Positions 27,439 through 35,456 of a DNA stretch of 64,000 bases are shown here, piece by piece (within the stretch, counting starts at the first letter, position 1; each line of letters opens with the position of its first letter). The notes under the pieces were generated by a model. That model ran no database searches. It was not told the origin of the DNA and worked only from the letters and a program-made list of their open reading frames with translations. The stretch spans positions 4,684 through 68,683 of the forward strand of contig CAZMZR010000003.1 in the NCBI GenBank assembly GCA_964570855.1, in the 5' to 3' direction. Both the position numbers and the translations under genes were made by a program. This stretch comes from an uncultured Pirellulales bacterium (GTDB taxonomy: Bacteria; Planctomycetota; Phycisphaerae; Sedimentisphaerales; Anaerobacaceae).

Positions 27439-27453
27439 CTCGAAAGGTCATTT

Positions 27454-29028
27454 ATGACAAAAAAGAAAGCTGCTTTGAAAGACAAACCTTGTATGCTGAT
27501 TATACGCGACGGCTGGGGCTATAATCCAAATCCACAAGAAGATGAATATAACGCAATCAAATGTGCAAATACCCCGGTTGACGATATGCTTATGGCAGAA
27601 TATCCGAACTGCCTAATTCACACAAGCGGTGAAGATGTAGGTCTACCAAACGGAACAATGGGCAACAGTGAAGTCGGACACCAGAATATTGGGGCAGGAA
27701 GAATCGTCCCACAGGAATCAGTCAGGATTAGCAAAACTATCCGGGACGGGTCATTTTTTGAAAATAAAGAATTTCTCAATCTAATCAAGTTCATCAAAAA
27801 TAGCAACGGCAAAATGCATGTCATGGGTTTGTGCAGCGATATAGGGGTACATTCGCTGCTGGACCACCTCTACGGCCTACTCGAATTTGCACAAAGAAAC
27901 GGCTTAAAGAATGTCTATATTCACGCATTTACCGACGGCCGAGATTCACCGCCGGACAGCGGTGCCGGTTATATAGCCGATATCGAGAAGAAAGCCAAAA
28001 AAATGGGCATCGGCACGATTGCATCCGTTATGGGCAGATTCTATGCGATGGACCGTGACAGCCGGTGGGACCGCGTCCAAAAAGCTTACGAATGTATGAG
28101 GACCGGCAAAGGCCTGAAAGCTCCAAGCGCTTCAGAAGCAGTTTCCCAGAGTTACGAAAAAGAGGTAACCGATGAATTCATCGAGCCGACAAGCATCATC
28201 AATTCAGATAATGAGCCGGTAGCCACGGTCAATGACGGGGACGGTGTTGTGTTTTTCAATTTTCGCGGCGACAGACCCCGGGAAATTACGCGAGCATTTG
28301 TTTCGCCGGACTTCAAAGAGTTTCCCAGGACTACCAGGCCCGACATTTATTACGTCTGCTTGACCGAATACGATGCAACCATCCCTACACCGGTGGCATT
28401 TCCCAAGCCACCGAAAATGAAAAATATCCTCGGAGCTTACTGGGGATCTTTGGGCCTAAAGCAATTTCGTTGTGCCGAGACGGAAAAATACGCACATGTG
28501 ACATTCTTCTTCAATGATTACACGGAGAAACCGTTCCCCGGCGAAGACAGGCAAATCGTTCCCTCACCACGGGTGCGAACATACGATTTAAAGCCGGAAA
28601 TGAGTGCATACGAGGTTTGCGAAGTCGTATTGGAAAGATTAAATTCGCAAAAATACGATGTGATAGTGGTCAACTTTGCCAATCCGGACATGGTTGGGCA
28701 CACCGGCATATTGTCTGCAGCGGTCAAGGCCGCTGAAGCGGTCGATGAATGCGTCGGCAAAATTCTTGATAAAGTTAAGGACTTGGGTGGTTCGGCAATT
28801 ATCACCGCCGATCACGGCAATTTCGAGAAAATGGCAGACGGCAGCCCTGAAAATCCTCACACCGCACATACTATCGGCGATGTACCATTGATCATATTCG
28901 ACAAACGCCATAAGAACAGCAAACTCCGACAAGACGGCAGATTGGCCGACATTGGCCCTACACTGCTGGATATGATGAGCCTGCCGCAACCGGAAGAAAT
29001 GACCGGAAAAAGCCTGATAGAAAATTAG
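27454..29028 (+). CDS. gpmI: 2,3-bisphosphoglycerate-independent phosphoglycerate mutase
   Basis: LIIRDGWG, catalytic-Ser block GNSEVGHQNIGAGR, ITADHGN. ATG 27454 with RBS AAAGG is preferred over the TTG at 27379. Confidence 0.9.
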   Translation: MTKKKAALKDKPCMLIIRDGWGYNPNPQEDEYNAIKCANTPVDDMLMAEYPNCLIHTSGEDVGLPNGTMGNSEVGHQNIGAGRIVPQESVRISKTIRDGSFFENKEFLNLIKFIKNSNGKMHVMGLCSDIGVHSLLDHLYGLLEFAQRNGLKNVYIHAFTDGRDSPPDSGAGYIADIEKKAKKMGIGTIASVMGRFYAMDRDSRWDRVQKAYECMRTGKGLKAPSASEAVSQSYEKEVTDEFIEPTSIINSDNEPVATVNDGDGVVFFNFRGDRPREITRAFVSPDFKEFPRTTRPDIYYVCLTEYDATIPTPVAFPKPPKMKNILGAYWGSLGLKQFRCAETEKYAHVTFFFNDYTEKPFPGEDRQIVPSPRVRTYDLKPEMSAYEVCEVVLERLNSQKYDVIVVNFANPDMVGHTGILSAAVKAAEAVDECVGKILDKVKDLGGSAIITADHGNFEKMADGSPENPHTAHTIGDVPLIIFDKRHKNSKLRQDGRLADIGPTLLDMMSLPQPEEMTGKSLIEN

Positions 29029-29153
29029 GACTGCTATATTAATAAAAGAATCAATAACCTGAAATTGTGAACCAATCGTTGTTTTATACGGTTTTGATGT
29101 ATAATTGAAGTAGTTGCTCAATAATATGCAAGTGACGGCAAGCGAGATCAACA

Positions 29154-30950
29154 ATGGGGCAAATAGTAGTTCTTGACCAGAATATGGTGAATATGATAGC
29201 CGCAGGCGAGGTGATTGAACGGCCTGCCAGCGTGGTCAAGGAACTTACGGAAAACAGTATCGATTCCGGAGCAACAAAAATTACAGTATCTATCGAGGAC
29301 GGCGGCAGAAAGTTAATCTCTATCACCGATAACGGCTGTGGAATGGATGCCGACGACCTTGCGCAAGCATTCGAATCACATACCACCAGTAAAATTAAAA
29401 CAAGCACGGATTTGCATGGTATTGCAACGCTTGGATTCAGGGGCGAAGCATTGGCAAGCATTGCCTCTGTAGCGCAAGTCAAAGCTGTAAGCAGAGTTAA
29501 AGATTCGTTGGAAGCTAATAGTATTGAGATCGATTGTGGTAATAAGGCCGATGTTAGCCCATGCAGTGCCGATTACGGCACAACAATTCAGGTCAGGGAT
29601 ATTTTTTACAAATTGCCCGCACGGCGTAAGTTTCTCAGAACCGCCAATACCGAAATGGGTCATATTACCGAGCAATTCACCCGTATCGCTCTGGCAAATA
29701 AACAACTGGAATTGACACTCGTTCACAATGGAAGAGAGCTTTGTCGATTATCAGCAAATGACGGCCTTCGTCAGAGAATAACCGCATTGTTTCCAACATC
29801 TTCAGGCGGCATATCCGAAAACCTGATCGAAGCCGAAAGTAATGAAAAAGGGCTGCACATCTTCACCTTTATGGGCAAACCCGATATTTCAAGAACGAGC
29901 GGTAAATTTCAATATATTTTCCTTAACGGCCGATTCATACGTGATAAATTTATTTCACACGCAATCAAAGAAGCTTATCGCGGACTCCTTGAGCCGAACA
30001 GGTTTCCTATTGTTTTTTTATTTATTCAGATGTCCCCTGAAGACTACGATGTTAACGTACATCCGACGAAAAACGAAGTGCGTTTTTACAACGCCAATTT
30101 CGTTCATTCGCAAATCCTCGGTGTTCTTCGGGAAAAGCTTTTAGGGACAAATCTTCAGACATCGGCAAAATTACCTTCGATCTCAGAGCAAAAAATCACC
30201 TCTACCCGTTTGGCATCCGGGCAAAACCGGAAAATTGCCGATGCAATGGCCGAATTTTTCAAAAAACACAGGCCCGCCCAAAGACAAGAGCATCTACGGT
30301 TCCAGCCAGGTTCATCCGGAACAAAAGGCGAGGCCTTGCCCGGAGCTTCATCACGAGATACATCGCGTGACACAGAATATGACAGAAAATTCCTGCAGAT
30401 ACACGATAGTTTTATCGTAGCCCAAACCAAAGAAGGATTTGTCTTGATCGATCAACATGCACTTCATGAACGCATCATATACGAAGATTTATGCAGACGG
30501 ATACGAAAAAGCAAACTCCAGTCACAGAAACTGCTGATGCCTGAAAGCTTCGAGCTAACCGACAACCAGGCTGAGGTATTGGAGAAGAATACAAAACTGA
30601 TAGAGCAATTAGGAATCGAGCTTGTCCCGTTCGCCCCCAGGACCATGGCTATCCAGGCCTTTCCTACCCTGCTGTCAAAGGCTGAGCCGCTGGATTTTAT
30701 CCAGGATCTAATTGATATCCTCGATAACAAGGATACAGGCTCAGACCCGGACAGATTGCTTGATGAAGTCCTGAACATGGCTGCATGCAAGGCGGCAATC
30801 AAAGCAGGCCAAAAGCTGACAACCAGTGAAATTGAACAACTGCTTGCCGATAAAGAAAACGTGGATTACTCAAGTCGTTGTCCTCACGGCAGACCCACAA
30901 CAATTGAATTTACAATAAGCGACCTGGAAAAGCAATTTAAGAGAACCTGA
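29154..30950 (+). CDS. mutL: DNA mismatch repair endonuclease MutL
   Basis: GHKL ATPase (IAAGEVIERPASVVKELTENSIDSGAT). C-terminal DQHALHERIIYE matches the DQHA(X)2E(X)4E nuclease motif. Confidence 0.9.
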   Translation: MGQIVVLDQNMVNMIAAGEVIERPASVVKELTENSIDSGATKITVSIEDGGRKLISITDNGCGMDADDLAQAFESHTTSKIKTSTDLHGIATLGFRGEALASIASVAQVKAVSRVKDSLEANSIEIDCGNKADVSPCSADYGTTIQVRDIFYKLPARRKFLRTANTEMGHITEQFTRIALANKQLELTLVHNGRELCRLSANDGLRQRITALFPTSSGGISENLIEAESNEKGLHIFTFMGKPDISRTSGKFQYIFLNGRFIRDKFISHAIKEAYRGLLEPNRFPIVFLFIQMSPEDYDVNVHPTKNEVRFYNANFVHSQILGVLREKLLGTNLQTSAKLPSISEQKITSTRLASGQNRKIADAMAEFFKKHRPAQRQEHLRFQPGSSGTKGEALPGASSRDTSRDTEYDRKFLQIHDSFIVAQTKEGFVLIDQHALHERIIYEDLCRRIRKSKLQSQKLLMPESFELTDNQAEVLEKNTKLIEQLGIELVPFAPRTMAIQAFPTLLSKAEPLDFIQDLIDILDNKDTGSDPDRLLDEVLNMAACKAAIKAGQKLTTSEIEQLLADKENVDYSSRCPHGRPTTIEFTISDLEKQFKRT

Positions 30951-31870
30951 TGAATAAATGGTGGCTATTGTTATTAATCTCATCTCTTGCCGTTATAGGA
31001 TTCGTATTATTCCGTATTCAAAACGACCAAACACCGGATGTAACCATTCCCTCCGGCAAGCCTGCAAGAATTGTCTCACTGGCCCCGAACCTTACCGAAA
31101 TTCTTTTCGAGCTGGGGCTTGATGATAATATTGTGGCAGTTACCAGTGATAGTGACTATCCCGCCGGGGCAGCCGACAAAATTAAAGTAGGTACATTTTG
31201 GCAGCCAAATACAGAAGCTATCATAGCATGTAAACCGGATTTGGTGGTTACTTTGGACTTTGAGCAACAAAAAGCAGTTGCAGAGACATTAAGTCGGCTG
31301 GGCTATCGTGTTTTGACATTAAAGAGAGATAAAATTGAAGAGCTTTGGATATCTATTCAAAAAATCGGTTTGGCAACAGGTTGCAGGCAACGTTCTGATG
31401 AAATAATCAATAACATTAAAAGCAAATTGAGCGAATTGCAAAGTAAAACCATATCAATCGATAAAGTCAAAGTTCTATGGATAATTCAACCGGAACCTTT
31501 AAGAGTAGCAGGTAGAAACACCTTTATAAACGAATTGATAGAGTTGGCCGGTGGTGAAAATGCTATCGGACCTACTATCCAGCAGTACCCATCTATAAGC
31601 ACGGAAGAGCTTCTGGCCTGTGGTGCCGGCGTAATAATTCAATCGTCAATGGATTCCGGTGATATCGAACAACAACAGCAGGCCGCTGAGCTTTACTGGA
31701 GCAATTATCCAAATTTACCTGCCGTCAGGAACAAAAGAATTTACGTGCTTAGTTCCGGAGCAACATTGAGACTGGGACCAAGATTACCAAAGGCGGTTGA
31801 AGAAATCGGTCGCTGCATATTTCCGGACATATTTATAAGTGACCCAGCCGAATACGAGACCAATGAATAA
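30950..31870 (+). CDS. ABC transporter periplasmic substrate-binding protein (BtuF/FhuD-type, cobalamin/heme/siderophore class)
   Basis: N-terminal anchor/signal. RIVSLAPNLTEILFELGLDDNIVAVT is typical of Peripla_BP_2 proteins. The ATG shares its A with the mutL TGA. Confidence 0.75.
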   Translation: MNKWWLLLLISSLAVIGFVLFRIQNDQTPDVTIPSGKPARIVSLAPNLTEILFELGLDDNIVAVTSDSDYPAGAADKIKVGTFWQPNTEAIIACKPDLVVTLDFEQQKAVAETLSRLGYRVLTLKRDKIEELWISIQKIGLATGCRQRSDEIINNIKSKLSELQSKTISIDKVKVLWIIQPEPLRVAGRNTFINELIELAGGENAIGPTIQQYPSISTEELLACGAGVIIQSSMDSGDIEQQQQAAELYWSNYPNLPAVRNKRIYVLSSGATLRLGPRLPKAVEEIGRCIFPDIFISDPAEYETNE

Positions 31871-31871
31871 T

Positions 31872-32588
31872 ATGAAAGAAAAAGTATTATTTTCCTGGAG
31901 TGGCGGCAAAGACAGCACATTGGCCCTATACGAAATTCTAAAAAGCCATGATTATGAAATAGCCGCCCTGCTGACAACGATAACCGAGGAATATGACAGA
32001 ATCAATATGCACGGCGTAAGGATGAATTTACTTGAAATGCAGGCGGACTCTCTTGGTTTATCTCTCGAAAATATACTCATTAATAAAAATACAACGGACA
32101 AGCAATACGAACATAAAATGCGTCAGGTCCTGACGAAATATCTGGCTGCGGGAGTAACCTCAGTAGTTTTCGGAGATATTTTTTGGGATGACCTGAGGGA
32201 ATACCGTGAAAACAATCTGAAAAAAGTGGGAATGACTGGGATATTCCCTTTATGGAAAATAAATACCGAAGCCCTCGCAAAAGATTTTATTAAATCGGCT
32301 TTCAAGGCGGTTATCACCTGCATTGACACACAAAGTCTCGATAAGATATTCGTAGGTATGACATTCGATAACAAGTTCTTACTGAAACTACCTCCCAGCG
32401 TTGATCCATGTGGTGAAAATGGAGAATTTCATTCGTTCGTCTATGATGATCCGATATTTAAATACAGGATACCACATGCCATAGGTAAAATTGTTTCGAA
32501 GGACAATCGTTTTTACTATTGTGATTTATTGTCCCAACAGGATCACCAAGTCACTGGTGACACATATCTAACAGGTCGGACAAACTGA
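31872..32588 (+). CDS. PP-loop ATP pyrophosphatase, Dph6/MJ0570-like (adenine nucleotide alpha-hydrolase)
   Basis: MKEKVLFSWSGGKDS (SGGxDS PP-loop) at the N-terminus, about 240 aa. Alternative upstream starts at 31839 and 31863 overlap the preceding gene. Confidence 0.7.
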   Translation: MKEKVLFSWSGGKDSTLALYEILKSHDYEIAALLTTITEEYDRINMHGVRMNLLEMQADSLGLSLENILINKNTTDKQYEHKMRQVLTKYLAAGVTSVVFGDIFWDDLREYRENNLKKVGMTGIFPLWKINTEALAKDFIKSAFKAVITCIDTQSLDKIFVGMTFDNKFLLKLPPSVDPCGENGEFHSFVYDDPIFKYRIPHAIGKIVSKDNRFYYCDLLSQQDHQVTGDTYLTGRTN

Positions 32589-33619
32589 TGACTGAAATAT
32601 TAACGATAAAAAAACTGGCGGTCAAAGTTTGCATCGGTCTGGTTATACTTTTAGCTGTTATGTGTATATGCACTTTGTCAGGTACTCAAAAAATTTCTTT
32701 ACAGAAAGTCCTTGACGGCCCCGGCCAAAAACCGGGCGAAAATATAGACTACGAAATTTTCGTTGGTTACAGGTTACCCCGGGTATTTCTCGCCGTTCTC
32801 GTAGGGGCCGCTTTAGCATGCTCAGGTGTTGTTCTGCAGGCAATTTTACGAAATCCGCTTGCCGACCCTTATATCCTCGGGATTTCCAGCGGCGCCGGAT
32901 TAGGAGCAATTATTGCAATTATCTCCGGCATGACCTGGAGCCTCTGGGCCGGATCGCCATTAGCCATTTTCGCATTCATCGGTGCATTAACAACGGTCTG
33001 GCTTGTATGGAGTATCGGTCATTTTGCCGGCAGGTCCCAGGTCACTTCCCTGCTTTTAGCCGGAGTTGTTGTTAACGCTTTTTTCTCCGCCGTCATTATG
33101 TTTCTTACCTCGATAGCAAAAAGCGAACAGCTTCGCTCCATAATATACTGGTTGATGGGCAATATAACAGATAAAAGCTCCTCGGTACTATTAGCCGGTA
33201 CCATCTGTATCACAGCAGGAATAATCTGTTTATTCAGCATTTCCAACAGACTAAATATTATCACGTTGGGAGAATACGAAGCGAAGGGGCTTGGCGTTGA
33301 CACGGAAAAAACGAAAATCCTCGCTTTTACTTTCACCGCTTTCATAACAGCAGTAGCCGTCAGCCTGAGCGGACTAATTGGATTCGTAGGGCTTATTGTC
33401 CCTCACGCAGTCAGGCTCGTTTTCGGTCCCGACCATCGCCAGCTACTGCCCTTAAGCGCGATAATCGGAGGCATATTCCTGGTGATTGCCGATACACTTG
33501 CCAGAACAATATTCGGGCAGGAACAGCTTCCGGTCGGAGTAATCACCGCCATTGCCGGCGGGCCGTTTTTTCTGATTTTGCTGGCAAGATATACTAAAAA
33601 AGTTAGCTGGTCAAAATGA
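32588..33619 (+). CDS. FecCD/BtuC-family ABC transporter permease
   Basis: About 9-10 hydrophobic segments. Conserved LLAGVVVNAFFSA and GxIGFVGLIVPH blocks. TGATG overlap with the previous gene. Confidence 0.85.
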   Translation: MTEILTIKKLAVKVCIGLVILLAVMCICTLSGTQKISLQKVLDGPGQKPGENIDYEIFVGYRLPRVFLAVLVGAALACSGVVLQAILRNPLADPYILGISSGAGLGAIIAIISGMTWSLWAGSPLAIFAFIGALTTVWLVWSIGHFAGRSQVTSLLLAGVVVNAFFSAVIMFLTSIAKSEQLRSIIYWLMGNITDKSSSVLLAGTICITAGIICLFSISNRLNIITLGEYEAKGLGVDTEKTKILAFTFTAFITAVAVSLSGLIGFVGLIVPHAVRLVFGPDHRQLLPLSAIIGGIFLVIADTLARTIFGQEQLPVGVITAIAGGPFFLILLARYTKKVSWSK

Positions 33620-34437
33620 GCAATACCGTAGAAATCAAAAACCTCACTTTTAGCTATACAGATAAGGTAATTCTGGACGACCTTAGCCTCGATGTAAAAC
33701 AGGGGATATTCGTAGGTATAATCGGACCAAACGGTGCCGGTAAAACAACCTTACTGAATCTCCTCTGTGGATTATTGAGACCCAAAACCGGTACTATCGA
33801 AATAGACGGGACAAATATAGAATCTTTCACAGTCAGAGAACTTGCACAAAAAGTAGCCGTTGTCCGCCAGGAATTTGTACCTGTCTTCGATTTTACGGTG
33901 GCCCAGACCGTATCTATGGCAAGAACACCATATTTGGGAACATTCGGATTTATGGGCAGAACAGACAGGCAAATAGTACACGATGCGCTCGAAGCAACCG
34001 ATACAGGCATATTTGCCTCTCGTATTCTTGGAAGCCTTAGCGGAGGCGAACGACAACGGGTTTTTATTGCACGGGCACTCGCACAAAAAACACCGATTTT
34101 GCTCCTGGATGAGCCTACCAGCTTTTTGGATTTGAAACATCAGGTCAACATATATGATTTACTCAAGGCGGCCCAGCTCGAACAAGGTAAAACGATCATT
34201 GCTGTCACGCATGATATCAACCTGGCGGCCCAATATTGCGATGTAATATTGCTTCTCGGTTCCGATAGCAGCTTCAGATACGGCTATACAAAAGATGTTT
34301 TATCAGTTGAGCAAATCACAAAAGCATTTGGTGTTAATATTTATTCCGGAAAAGTTGGTCAGGAACACTTTTTCATTCCATTGGGCAAACGTGCAAAAGA
34401 CAGCGAACAGGCCAATAAAATGCAAGATAAAACCTGA
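33616..34437 (+). CDS. ABC transporter ATP-binding protein (FecE/BtuD-type)
   Basis: Walker A GPNGAGKTT, signature LSGGERQRV, Walker B LLLDEPTSFLD. ATGA overlap with the permease gene. Confidence 0.9.
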   Translation: MSNTVEIKNLTFSYTDKVILDDLSLDVKQGIFVGIIGPNGAGKTTLLNLLCGLLRPKTGTIEIDGTNIESFTVRELAQKVAVVRQEFVPVFDFTVAQTVSMARTPYLGTFGFMGRTDRQIVHDALEATDTGIFASRILGSLSGGERQRVFIARALAQKTPILLLDEPTSFLDLKHQVNIYDLLKAAQLEQGKTIIAVTHDINLAAQYCDVILLLGSDSSFRYGYTKDVLSVEQITKAFGVNIYSGKVGQEHFFIPLGKRAKDSEQANKMQDKT

Positions 34438-34570
34438 CCGTATCTCTTTTGTTTTCAAGGTGTTAGTTCCATTTAAACGATTTGTCTTGAATAATTATAC
34501 CATCCTCCCTATACTTTTCGAGTTTGAATTAAGACCTTTGGCAAAACAAAGATTGTGCAAAACCTGTTTT

Positions 34571-34591
34571 AAAATGCTAAAATAGCATTTT
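34571..34591. promoter_or_regulatory. perfect 9-3-9 palindrome AAAATGCTA-AAA-TAGCATTTT: candidate Fur/Zur-family-like operator overlapping an extended -10, or alternatively a terminator hairpin of the ABC operon
   Basis: Read directly. TGCTAAAAT (34575-34583) lies inside the palindrome, with TTGTGC at 34553-34558 (19-nt spacer). 53 nt upstream of the DksA-like GTG. Confidence 0.4.
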
Positions 34592-34643
34592 TAGGGAAAA
34601 TCCACAATAAAGAGTATTAGCAACAAGAAAGGTAGAGAAAGAA

Positions 34644-35102
34644 GTGGCACAAAAACGCAAAAAGACTTCAAGGGAAAAAGTAAGCTCTACTCGAAAAAAG
34701 AAATGCGGCCTGACAGCCTCGGATATGAATCATTTTAGACAATTATTGTTGGAAAAACGCATCGAAATCCTCAGAAATGTATCAGAAATTGAAGACGAAG
34801 CTCTAAAGAAATCCAGACTGGACGCAACCGGAGATTTGTCAAGCATGCCAATCCACATGGCGGACCTGGGAACCGACAACTACGAACAGGAATTCGCCCT
34901 GGGGCTTATGGATAGTGAAAGGAAACTTCTACGGGAAATTGATGAGGCCCTGGGACGCATCGAACAGGGAACCTATGGTACATGCACAGGTACCGGCCAA
35001 AAAATATCAAAAGCCCGTCTCGAAGCTCAACCATGGGCCAAATATTGTGTTGAATATGCACGATCGCTGGAAAAAGGCTTAGCGGTTGAGCAAGAAGAAT
35101 AA
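34644..35102 (+). CDS. DksA/TraR-family protein with degenerate zinc finger (CxxT-x17-CxxY)
   Basis: Coiled-coil N-terminal part, HMADLGTDN tip region. C-terminal GTYGTCTGTGQKISKARLEAQPWAKYCVEY aligns with the DksA C4 finger but keeps only 2 Cys. GTG start. Confidence 0.75.
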   Translation: MAQKRKKTSREKVSSTRKKKCGLTASDMNHFRQLLLEKRIEILRNVSEIEDEALKKSRLDATGDLSSMPIHMADLGTDNYEQEFALGLMDSERKLLREIDEALGRIEQGTYGTCTGTGQKISKARLEAQPWAKYCVEYARSLEKGLAVEQEE

Positions 35103-35104
35103 AC

Positions 35105-35326
35105 TTGAGTATGAAATACCGATGTCCTATCTGCAATAAACATTTTAACCCCTTAAAAAAGGGACAATTCGAAAAAGCCGATTTCTTCCCTTTTTGTTCT
35201 GAGCAATGCAAGCTTATCGACTTAGGTGCATGGCTGGATGTCCGCTATAAAGTAGCCTCCAGCTTGCAGTCCCAGGAATCAGACATACCCTCAAATACAT
35301 CCACTTCCGATTCCGGTATTCAATAA
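35105..35326 (+). CDS. yacG: DNA gyrase inhibitor YacG-like zinc-ribbon protein
   Basis: CPICNKHF...FFPFCSEQCKLIDLGAWL matches the YacG CxxC...CSxxC...DLGxW pattern. Starts 2 nt after the DksA-like stop. Confidence 0.7.
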   Translation: MSMKYRCPICNKHFNPLKKGQFEKADFFPFCSEQCKLIDLGAWLDVRYKVASSLQSQESDIPSNTSTSDSGIQ

Positions 35327-35456
35327 ATAACCACATCAACATATAAAATCTTGTTTAAAAAGTCTTGAAATCGACCGATAATACATTATATGTACTTTTT
35401 TACGTTTACCCTTTACTAAACCAATGACGTTTGTAACCTTACCGAAAGGAGACAAG

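Noticed and set aside
27379-27453. TTG-initiated 25-codon extension of gpmI, and the 78-aa ORF at 27288..27524
   Set aside because: The extension covers a promoter -10 and a hairpin/U-tract. ATG 27454 has an RBS and gives the canonical iPGM N-terminus (KPCMLIIRDGWG).
28639-29154. 171-aa minus-strand ORF antisense to gpmI
   Set aside because: It lies almost entirely inside a confidently identified gene on the other strand and has no motif or RBS, so I treat it as a shadow ORF. The same reasoning applies to the other long antisense ORFs: 23662..24130 (valS), 50199..50726 and 50943..51497 (leuS), 61212..61808 and 62661..63161 (gyrA), 33654..34140 (ABC ATPase), 38229..38830 (capD-like).
30800-30950. 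Cobalamin riboswitch or Fur box expected upstream of the BtuF/FecCD-type operon
   Set aside because: There is no intergenic space, because the operon start overlaps the mutL stop. A GCCACTG B12-box-like string at 12709-12715 lies inside queC coding sequence.
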